64,000 nt of DNA from a virus (Duplodnaviria; Caudoviricetes): positions 1-64,000 of the IMG/VR virus record IMGVR_UViG_3300032259_000003, one strand, 5' to 3'. Below the pieces are notes generated by a model that was not told where the DNA came from, made no database searches, and was given only the letters and a program-made list of their open reading frames with translations. Of this stretch, positions 56,582-64,000 are shown piece by piece. The first letter of the stretch is position 1. The number at the start of each line of letters is the position of its first letter. A program made the translations under genes and the position numbers.

Positions 56582-57322
56582 TTAGCGTCCTGCGAGTTCT
56601 AAAAGTGCCGCGATAAGCGTTCCTATTGCACCACCACCGGCCGCGGTTGCGCCGCCTTTGATGGCTATCTCTTTGGCGATGCTTTTAAAGCTATCAATCC
56701 GAGCGCGGCGGGCTTCAACTTGTTGCTTGCGTTCCAATTCGCGGGCCGTCTCCCGTGACTCAATTTTGAGAAGTTCCGCCCTCATCTTATTAATATCAAG
56801 CTGAAGCGCTTTGACATTCTCTAACGTTTGTTGTGTCTCTTTATTATACCCTTGCAATTCAACGCGGAACATATCCATGCGACCAACCAGCCCGGTATTA
56901 TCCCCGTTGCCCTTCAAGACGTTAAGGATCTCCGGGACATTCTGCGATAACATATGGTTGTTGGCTGCCAGGGTTGCTATTTGATCGCGTTGTTTTATAT
57001 CAGTTTTGTCTAAGACCTCGATGGCTTTAGCGTTGGTGCGAATATCGGCCTGCTGTTTTGCGTATTCGTCCAATATTTTTTGTGATAGATCCTCGAATAA
57101 ATTATGCAATGTAAAAAACCCGTCGCTAAAAATTTTATCAATTGTTTTAGACGGCATATAGTCGTTAAGCGTATCGCTAATCATAGCTTGAACGGCGCTA
57201 TGTGTTACCAAGTCCTTTTTGATAGATGCAAACTTTTTATCAAATAGGGCTTCTATTAATTCAATTGTAATTTCTTGCGTGTTTTTTTTAGGGGCCTCGA
57301 TGTTATTGTTAGGTTCGTTCAT
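56582..57322 (-). CDS. Coiled-coil protein with C-terminal TM (homologue of 19518)
   Basis: Direct comparison. Confidence 0.7.
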   Translation of the reverse strand: MNEPNNNIEAPKKNTQEITIELIEALFDKKFASIKKDLVTHSAVQAMISDTLNDYMPSKTIDKIFSDGFFTLHNLFEDLSQKILDEYAKQQADIRTNAKAIEVLDKTDIKQRDQIATLAANNHMLSQNVPEILNVLKGNGDNTGLVGRMDMFRVELQGYNKETQQTLENVKALQLDINKMRAELLKIESRETARELERKQQVEARRARIDSFKSIAKEIAIKGGATAAGGGAIGTLIAALLELAGR

Positions 57323-57412
57323 TTGGACCCCGTGTTATAATTAACATAGTGTATAACCTCATTTTATACGCTCATGGCTCCGGGTGTTTTTCCTCACCGC
57401 GGGGCCTTCAAA

Positions 57413-57826
57413 TTATTGTAAATAAACACCACACGACGGATGAAAGATAAGTAATCCGTTTATACTAGCGTTTATATCCCACCAAATGCCTGCATACACC
57501 AATACCGTATGATCGGCATAACTTCCGCTTGACGCATACCAGACACCATCAACGGCATAGAACGAATAGGCGCGCCCGTAGTCATCAAAGGCGCGGTTAT
57601 TGCCGTCTTTCCAATCCTGCCAGAGGGAGGTCACGTTGTAGCCGTCAACAGTAGGGCAAAATTCATAGGGCGCGGTCGGTGCTGGGACATACTCACATAT
57701 CCATAACGTGCAATCGTCTTGAGCGTCCGTTACCAGAACCAACCCGAACATAACCAATAATACCCATGCGATCATCACGCGGCGCAGGGCGGCGTGTCCG
57801 CTTGGGTCATCTATCCACCTATCCAT
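57413..57826 (-). CDS. Membrane-anchored protein (homologue of 20350)
   Basis: Direct comparison. Confidence 0.7.
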   Translation of the reverse strand: MDRWIDDPSGHAALRRVMIAWVLLVMFGLVLVTDAQDDCTLWICEYVPAPTAPYEFCPTVDGYNVTSLWQDWKDGNNRAFDDYGRAYSFYAVDGVWYASSGSYADHTVLVYAGIWWDINASINGLLIFHPSCGVYLQ

Positions 57827-58643
57827 AACCGGCTAACTCCGATTCTAGTGCTAATTCAACCGTCACTAAATTACTGCCACCATCAGGCAGAACGCCGTCA
57901 AGTGCCAACTGCAACGCCGCTATTTCATCAATCAAACGCTGTTTTTCTGCGACGTGGTTCGCAATGCGTGTGTTAATCCCATTGTCTGCACGAATAATGA
58001 GGTTAATTAAACCATTGTGACTATCGCGGATGCCTTGCAGACAATCGGCCTTCGGTGTTTTTACCTCAACATCATCCACAAACTCACTAAAATTATTCGT
58101 GTTCTCAAACGTGGTATCTACTTCGGTTACAATGTCCTCAACCACGCCAATAAAAACAGCGTCACGAATATCTTGCAGGTTATTTTTGAGTGCCACCAAT
58201 TGAACGCGGTTGGCTTCACGGTTGGCTCTAAACCCATCCTTACGCGCTATCGTCGCCTCTGTACGGGCAATCAAGTTTTGCACACGGTTCAGTTTACGAA
58301 CCACTTTATGCCTGCGTCGTCGTTCGTCGTTGGTGTTGGCGTTGGAGTTGCTCTCGTAAAGAATACCATCAACGGTTAAGTTGCCGTTTATATCACGGTC
58401 GTCAGGTAGTCCAGCGTAGGTATACGTTAATTCTATTGTGTCGTGTGTGGCCTGTGGTGCGCTGACTGTCACGACGCAGGTATTGGTTCCCGATACGCTG
58501 GGTCGGTTGCCATCGGCTACTTGCATACTATCCCACGCAGGGACGAATATACCGTCAATCTCAATGTCAGGGAGTGCGAGTAGATCAATTTGTATCGTTG
58601 GGCGGTTGCCCGTCCATGTGCTTAGATACGCTTTTACTGTCAT
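57819..58643 (-). CDS. Coiled-coil protein (homologue of 20756)
   Basis: Direct comparison. Confidence 0.65.
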   Translation of the reverse strand: MTVKAYLSTWTGNRPTIQIDLLALPDIEIDGIFVPAWDSMQVADGNRPSVSGTNTCVVTVSAPQATHDTIELTYTYAGLPDDRDINGNLTVDGILYESNSNANTNDERRRRHKVVRKLNRVQNLIARTEATIARKDGFRANREANRVQLVALKNNLQDIRDAVFIGVVEDIVTEVDTTFENTNNFSEFVDDVEVKTPKADCLQGIRDSHNGLINLIIRADNGINTRIANHVAEKQRLIDEIAALQLALDGVLPDGGSNLVTVELALESELAGYG

Positions 58644-61600
58644 GATAATACCGTCCCGACTGCATCCGTATAATCGCTTAGTCCATCCGCTGGGATACTC
58701 GTTATTTGTAGGTTAGTCGCATAGCCCTGTAGGTGTGACGTGTTGCTGGTATTTAACGCGCCCACAACAGTATTGCCATCACTCAATGCAGCCCCAACTA
58801 TATCATTAGTCAAAACGACGGTATCGGTTGACGTGCCATTGATAAATAATTCAGCAGTTCCGCCACTGGTCGGTATGTCAATCTCAACGAGATAGTTCAC
58901 CGTAGCGGCGGCGGTGTCAAATGTCATTTGGTTGGTTGCACCGGCTGCACGATAATCAACAATCAATTGGCTGGCCGTTGTGCCAAAATAACCACTAATA
59001 TAATTATCTGCATCCACGTAAATTAAAAACGCTTGGCATAATGTGGTGCTTACCGTATTGGTCGCAGGTTGGACATAAAAACTATAGCGCTTGTCATTCA
59101 TACTCAAGCTGGTTAATCCAATATTGAGATGTCCCGCGCTTGTGAAGTCTATATATTGTTGGCCATTGGGCGCGAATAATGCCGATACCGTTGCCGAGCT
59201 TAAGGTATCCGCTGCACCGCCACTACTCATCAAGTTATTGCCGTAAGAATTATTGAGTTTGGCTAGCGTATACGTGTCACTGAGATGTTTATACCAGGTC
59301 GCCCCGTTTGCCGTTATCAGGTTTGATGCACGTAGCGCGGTCAGTTGGTCTATCGTCTGGTTAACGCTGATATAGGCGGTATAGATATTTTTATCGTAAC
59401 TTGTTGTACCACTACTAGAATTTGCTGCGCCGATAGCGGTTACATTGGCTGTGTAACCTGTGAAGGCAACAAACGCCGTTGCATCACTTGCTACAAGCTG
59501 GCCATTAATCGAGAGTTTTAAACCGTCACTATCAATCTTGATAGCAATCTGACATAAATCACCGTCACCTAATGATAAACCGGAGAGCGTATAACTCGCA
59601 TTATGGGCGCTACCGTCGTCATAGCTTAGAACTAGCGCGGTTGTGCTGGTATATAGGTGTATAAAGTCGGTGCTATCGTTTTGAATGTATAGAATAGAAT
59701 TCACCGCGTCGGTTAAGTCGAGTTCAACGTCAAAGACAGCCGATAAACTACTTAAGGAAACGGGTAGGAAGCTCGCTATATCCGCATAACCAATAACACC
59801 ATATTGTCCCTTTGCTCCACGCACTGTGCCTAATGTGCCTGTTGTTGCTATCGCCGTATTCAATACATCATCGTAGAATGTACCGTCTGGGTTGGTAACA
59901 ATCCCGACCGTTGGCGATACGAGGCTGTTTAAATTCGCATAATAATCCTTGATAACCATCTCCGCCTGAATCATATCGTTCAGGCTCTCGGTTGCCAGTT
60001 GGTGCAATTTGGCCATCCGTTTGAATGTTCCGTACCATGCGTCGTTTCCGCTGGTGGCTAAATCATTACCATAGATATAATTACCTGTGCCCGTTGTGCG
60101 ACCACCAACGCCGGCGGTGTCGGTGCTTAATGTATTGGCCGTTGCATTAGTATATAGCTCGGCGGTGTCCGTCGCTTCGTTCATGCTTGCAATAACTAAC
60201 GTGTTGTCACCTAATACAATCCCACCGCTAGTCAATTTGGCTTGAAGGTCGGTGGTTACATAATTGACCTCATAATTTAAGCCGGTGGTACTCGCAAGTT
60301 CTAACACGTCATTGCTGGATAGTTGTTTAAAAAATTTACCCGTTGAATTGCCACCTAGTCTATAGGCGTTGCCCTCAAATATCCATGACCCCGTATCGGT
60401 GTTCAATTCTGCGACATAGGTCTGCAACAGTGAACTATCACTCTCTGAGAATAAAAAGCGGTCACCTTCGACAAGCCGGACTTCATTGGGAGATAAGTCC
60501 CGGCCTGTCCCGAGTCGTTCCGTCAATGATCCATTTTTAAAGTACATATCGGCATTTAAATAACTCAGGGCTTGAATGTCATTTGCAAACCGTTGTGTGT
60601 AAGTGTCGTATACCGTCATATCAAAGTTATGCGTACCGGCTACAGTAGCATAATATTTAGTGCCGTATTCGGCTTCGGCGGCTAGGGTCACGGCAAGGCT
60701 AGCCGTTGTTGCGCCATTTTTATATGCTGTTAGTGCTGTGCCTGCAAAGACAAATTTTAATAATGCCCCATCGACAGCCGTTATCGTGCCGATCAATGTC
60801 GCGGTCGGGTCATACTCGTAGACCTCACATGCACCGGCTACCGTAAAACGAAGTTCCACCATCTCCGACACATTAACGGAGTGCCTAAAGAATAAGCTCG
60901 TAACGTCCGTTACGGGATCGCCGTTGCTTGTAACCTCAACCGTGTAGTCGGATACGCCTAATTCGTTAACTGCTATGGATGTGGTTCGTGCGCTGTATGA
61001 TGCTTGACTCAGTAGGTCGCCTGTGGGTGACACGTTGTAGAGTGGTGCATCAGTGATTACACCTGTGTAGGTGACTTCTTGGAGTGACCAATTGTCCAGA
61101 GTTACAATTTGACCTGCTGACATTGCGTTCATAGCAATAAATGTATTTGTCACGCTTTTTGCCCCAAAATAAATCTCATAAACCGTAGGGGTCGTTGTTA
61201 TCGCCTGAACACTGTAACTTGCTCCATCATATACAACTATATTACATGCGCCTGTATTTACTGACGCGGTTACTTGATATTTATACACCCTGCCTAGTGT
61301 CAGATCAGTAGACAAATCTGATGTGTTTCGTAAAAAATTATACGCGCCGCTAGGGTTATCATTGTATGTGATCTGTAGCGCATTCCCAACATTGGCAATA
61401 GAATTTGTACCATATGCCAACCAACTATATATACCACTATCAAACGTTCCTGCGCCAGCATCTACCAAATCCGCACCGAGCTTCTTACCCATCAGCGCGT
61501 CATAAATCGCTTGCACTTGTGCCTGTGTTTTTGATACGTTGTAAATTCCGACCGCGTGGAAATTCGTCCCAGCTAAAATCGGCAACGTGCCTGCGTTGGT

Positions 61601-62191
61601 TGCCCCAATGGTCAGTGCAGTATATGATCCAGTCATCGCACCATGAGCGTATGTTTTCGCGCCTGTCTCTGTGCCATCAGCATGGCAAACTGTCCAGTTC
61701 GCGTCTGCGCCGTCCATCTCGTAGGCAATAACAATTGTCTCGTTCTCAGGTATGCCCGTAATTTGGTGAGATATTGTACCGCCTGCATCATGAAATACAT
61801 TTAACGTGTTCGCGGCGGTGTGACGGATGCTAAATGAGTTTGAAGCATCAATGTAACCGTGAAACAATGCCTCTGCTGTGCTATACGTGCCTAATGTGCC
61901 AACCCAAATAACCGTAAAATTCGATGATGATTTACCTATAGCCGTTGGAACAGTCCCACGATGCTCACCATTACCACGCAACGCCTTCCGCGCTCCGCTG
62001 TGGTTGCTGTAGGCGGTGTAGTTGTGACCACCTGTTATCGTCGCGGTACGTGCGGCTACCTGTTCGGTCATGGTTGCGCCGCTTGACCCGTCCGCGGTGT
62101 AGAGGGCTATTGCGTCGTCAAGCATAACATCAAACCACTGCGCGCCACCGGCCATCAATATAGGTATTGCAGAAGATAAATTCCGTAACAT
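58640..62191 (-). CDS. Large multi-LamG protein with extra CBM-like insert (mosaic homologue of 21577)
   Basis: Start reassigned to MLRN to match unit A. Confidence 0.65.
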   Translation of the reverse strand: MLRNLSSAIPILMAGGAQWFDVMLDDAIALYTADGSSGATMTEQVAARTATITGGHNYTAYSNHSGARKALRGNGEHRGTVPTAIGKSSSNFTVIWVGTLGTYSTAEALFHGYIDASNSFSIRHTAANTLNVFHDAGGTISHQITGIPENETIVIAYEMDGADANWTVCHADGTETGAKTYAHGAMTGSYTALTIGATNAGTLPILAGTNFHAVGIYNVSKTQAQVQAIYDALMGKKLGADLVDAGAGTFDSGIYSWLAYGTNSIANVGNALQITYNDNPSGAYNFLRNTSDLSTDLTLGRVYKYQVTASVNTGACNIVVYDGASYSVQAITTTPTVYEIYFGAKSVTNTFIAMNAMSAGQIVTLDNWSLQEVTYTGVITDAPLYNVSPTGDLLSQASYSARTTSIAVNELGVSDYTVEVTSNGDPVTDVTSLFFRHSVNVSEMVELRFTVAGACEVYEYDPTATLIGTITAVDGALLKFVFAGTALTAYKNGATTASLAVTLAAEAEYGTKYYATVAGTHNFDMTVYDTYTQRFANDIQALSYLNADMYFKNGSLTERLGTGRDLSPNEVRLVEGDRFLFSESDSSLLQTYVAELNTDTGSWIFEGNAYRLGGNSTGKFFKQLSSNDVLELASTTGLNYEVNYVTTDLQAKLTSGGIVLGDNTLVIASMNEATDTAELYTNATANTLSTDTAGVGGRTTGTGNYIYGNDLATSGNDAWYGTFKRMAKLHQLATESLNDMIQAEMVIKDYYANLNSLVSPTVGIVTNPDGTFYDDVLNTAIATTGTLGTVRGAKGQYGVIGYADIASFLPVSLSSLSAVFDVELDLTDAVNSILYIQNDSTDFIHLYTSTTALVLSYDDGSAHNASYTLSGLSLGDGDLCQIAIKIDSDGLKLSINGQLVASDATAFVAFTGYTANVTAIGAANSSSGTTSYDKNIYTAYISVNQTIDQLTALRASNLITANGATWYKHLSDTYTLAKLNNSYGNNLMSSGGAADTLSSATVSALFAPNGQQYIDFTSAGHLNIGLTSLSMNDKRYSFYVQPATNTVSTTLCQAFLIYVDADNYISGYFGTTASQLIVDYRAAGATNQMTFDTAAATVNYLVEIDIPTSGGTAELFINGTSTDTVVLTNDIVGAALSDGNTVVGALNTSNTSHLQGYATNLQITSIPADGLSDYTDAVGTVLS

Positions 62192-62211
62192 ACATACACC
62201 TGTAAGTTTAA

Positions 62212-62237
62212 AAGCCCTATAGGGTTGTATAGGGCTT
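62212..62237 (-). terminator. Hairpin (copy 2 of 24759-24783)
   Basis: Same 10-bp stem, different loop. Confidence 0.55.
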
Positions 62238-62264
62238 CGCAAAGGAGGAGAGTTAAATATATTT

Positions 62265-62324
62265 ATGACTCTACTCTCATTATATCACATTTTACTTATA
62301 GCCATTCCGCTATTATTACAATAG
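62265..62324 (+). CDS. Candidate 19-aa peptide MTLLSLYHILLIAIPLLLQ
   Basis: Copy of 24810-24869; AAAGGAGGAG at 62241-62250. Confidence 0.35.
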   Translation: MTLLSLYHILLIAIPLLLQ

Positions 62325-62326
62325 CA

Positions 62327-62722
62327 TTACAATGACAATTCAATATCCGCTATCACTTCGCTGGCAAACTCTAAAATGCCTTTAACGTCGCGCCAGGTGT
62401 AATGACTTTTAAAACGAATAGACATACAGCGCGCGATGTCCGCCTGCAATTGTTGACCTCTTAATACACTACCCAGCATATATTTACGTTCCAACCGTAG
62501 CGCGTAACGCTCTTCAACGCCTAAATAATTGCGATATGTGCGGTGCCGGTTCTCACTCGCTGTTCCAAACCGTCGCTTGCCGAACGCTTGAAAATTGATA
62601 TTCTGAAATGCCGCGCGTTCTATTGCAAAGCTGTTATGTGTATTAAGATGATACTCTGGCATCGTGACAATATCATTTAATAGCGTTGGGTTGGCTCTAA
62701 TGGCCTGTATAATATCGTTCAA
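62327..62722 (-). CDS. Hypothetical protein (homologue of 24872)
   Basis: Direct comparison. Confidence 0.75.
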   Translation of the reverse strand: MNDIIQAIRANPTLLNDIVTMPEYHLNTHNSFAIERAAFQNINFQAFGKRRFGTASENRHRTYRNYLGVEERYALRLERKYMLGSVLRGQQLQADIARCMSIRFKSHYTWRDVKGILEFASEVIADIELSL

Positions 62723-62816
62723 ATTGTAAGCTCCTCTCTTATCTTACATAGTATAACACATTATTGAATCGTTCCTCATTTGGGTAAATTTGCGATAAAC
62801 TTGGGATAACACACAA

Positions 62817-62864
62817 CCCCCCTATATCCCCCTATACCCCCCTTCAACCATTAACACCCCCCCC
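62817..62864. repeat. C6-TATAT-C5-TATA-C6...C8 array (variant of 25360-25406)
   Basis: Read directly. Confidence 0.85.
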
Positions 62865-62904
62865 GTATTTTTTTGTAGAGTGGGTGTTAACACGGTAGGG
62901 TAGG

Positions 62905-63276
62905 TTAACCGGTTCGTTTTTGTTTGTGACGCTCGGCGCTCTCTTCGTGATACTCTAAAATTTTAAAATACTCATTGGCCAACGTGGTGCGGTCGTCAAT
63001 CGCTCTATTTTTTGTTACTACACCATACACCACAACATCACGCATTTTTTTAGTCCGTACGATCTGGTTCTTTTTACCGACGGCTTTAACCATCCCGCGC
63101 GTCCGTAATTCTTCCAGGCCCCGGCGGCTCCGGTTGCCTTTACCCTGACTATAGCGTTCTGACACATCGTACTGGGTCGCGTCACCGTAACGAATAAAAC
63201 CGGTTAATACCTCAATGCACCGCTGTAATTGCGCCATACGTGCGACCCGTTGGTTATAGTTAAATTCTCCGGCCAT
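62905..63276 (-). CDS. Putative wHTH protein (homologue of 25448)
   Basis: Direct comparison. Confidence 0.5.
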   Translation of the reverse strand: MAGEFNYNQRVARMAQLQRCIEVLTGFIRYGDATQYDVSERYSQGKGNRSRRGLEELRTRGMVKAVGKKNQIVRTKKMRDVVVYGVVTKNRAIDDRTTLANEYFKILEYHEESAERHKQKRTG

Positions 63277-63527
63277 TAGTCCATCCCTTCCAGCGCATCG
63301 CGCCCTAATGTATAGTCGAGTTCATGTAAATAGAGTTGCGCATCTTGCCGCGCGTCGTCATCTTCAATTTGCATGACAACCCATGCTAAAAATTCGATAT
63401 GCTCCACTACTTCGGCGGCGGTCATCTGTACGCAATTAATACACAAGCGCAAATCATGGTAAGCATATAAATAGTTGCCCTGCTCGATCTCGTGGTTGGC
63501 CTGTTGGATGTATCCGTCACGTGTCAT
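63276..63527 (-). CDS. Hypothetical protein (homologue of 25819)
   Basis: Direct comparison. Confidence 0.7.
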   Translation of the reverse strand: MTRDGYIQQANHEIEQGNYLYAYHDLRLCINCVQMTAAEVVEHIEFLAWVVMQIEDDDARQDAQLYLHELDYTLGRDALEGMD

Positions 63528-63721
63528 GATCTTTTATCCATTTGGGCCTTTTGGATATTGATGAGGTCTGTCTCAAACATTTCAATATATTCAGTATCCC
63601 CTCTCATTCGAGCAAGGTACAACGCTAAACTAACAGTTATTCGCAACTCATTTAGTTTGTCTTTTGAGTGTCTACCATACACCCACCAAAACCCTATTTT
63701 ATTCATTATTTGTTTCCTCAT
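63524..63721 (-). CDS. Hypothetical protein in the slot held by the pentapeptide gene in unit A
   Basis: ATGA overlaps on both sides. Confidence 0.7.
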   Translation of the reverse strand: MRKQIMNKIGFWWVYGRHSKDKLNELRITVSLALYLARMRGDTEYIEMFETDLINIQKAQMDKRS

Positions 63722-63936
63722 GATGCCTTATCCTTTCTTACAAAACGCTTCCATTCTCCATTGGTAATCTCATCGCGTGACATCGCCCACACATCACGCA
63801 TATTATTGAGCGCAAATAATAAGCGGCTGACGGTTGCCGGGCCATGTAGTGCGATATGGTCCCGTTCAGCGCGGTATAACATGGCATGGTCTTCGGTCGG
63901 GTTAATCCAAATTGTACAAAATTCATCAATATTCAT
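63718..63936 (-). CDS. Hypothetical protein (homologue of 26585)
   Basis: Direct comparison. Confidence 0.7.
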   Translation of the reverse strand: MNIDEFCTIWINPTEDHAMLYRAERDHIALHGPATVSRLLFALNNMRDVWAMSRDEITNGEWKRFVRKDKAS

Positions 63937-63969
63937 AATGCTTATCCTTTGTAATTATTCTATGCTCTA

Positions 63970-63998
63970 ATGATAGCATACACTATTAGATAGTGCAA
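63970..63998 (-). promoter_or_regulatory. Promoter TTGCAC-17-TATCAT (copy 2)
   Basis: Identical to 26837-26865. Confidence 0.7.
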
Positions 63999-64000
63999 CT

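Larger units (their letters stand above)
36565..64000. mobile_element. Phage genome unit B (runs off window end): lysis, virion module B, LamG cassette
   Basis: Second complete terminase-portal-capsid-tail set; flanks are homologous to unit A. Confidence 0.85.
56586..64000 (+). repeat. Long direct repeat S2, copy 2
   Basis: Same gene order as 19522-26867. Confidence 0.95.

Noticed and set aside
62192-62242. N-terminal extension of the unit B LamG ORF
   Set aside because: It runs through the hairpin and is interrupted by a stop in unit A.
1-64000. tRNA/rRNA genes, stop-codon reassignment, group I/II introns
   Set aside because: No cloverleaf or rRNA-like segment seen; core genes are intact and densely packed in the standard code; no split genes.

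Overview
The window is entirely phage DNA (long non-contractile tail type; no host genes, tRNA, rRNA, CRISPR or recognisable integrase). It reads as two related ~37-kb phage genomes joined head-to-tail in the same orientation. Two blocks recur at offsets of about 36.5-37.5 kb. S1 (early genes, terminators, putative lysin and holin) is at 1-3262 and 36465-40758. S2 (coiled-coil and membrane genes, a giant LamG-like protein, regulators) is at 19522-26867 and 56586-64000. Between S1 and S2 each unit carries a different head-tail module of similar length. Module A (3263-19521) has a Terminase_6-type TerL, SPP1-like portal, scaffold and Mu gpT-like capsid. Module B (40759-56585) has a PBSX-type TerL, HK97-like portal and a protease-capsid fusion. 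One full early/replication region (26.9-36.5 kb) lies between the units. This may be a real cointegrate or a two-virion replicon, or an assembly path through two co-occurring phages; reads are needed to decide. Finer findings include a candidate antisense sRNA/19-aa peptide pair, -1 and +1 tail-chaperone frameshifts, a GH-A-clan putative lysin, a recurrent AGGATAAG gene-boundary motif, repeat-flanked gene cassettes and a switch-like structured leader. All product names come from motif reading and gene order, not database searches.
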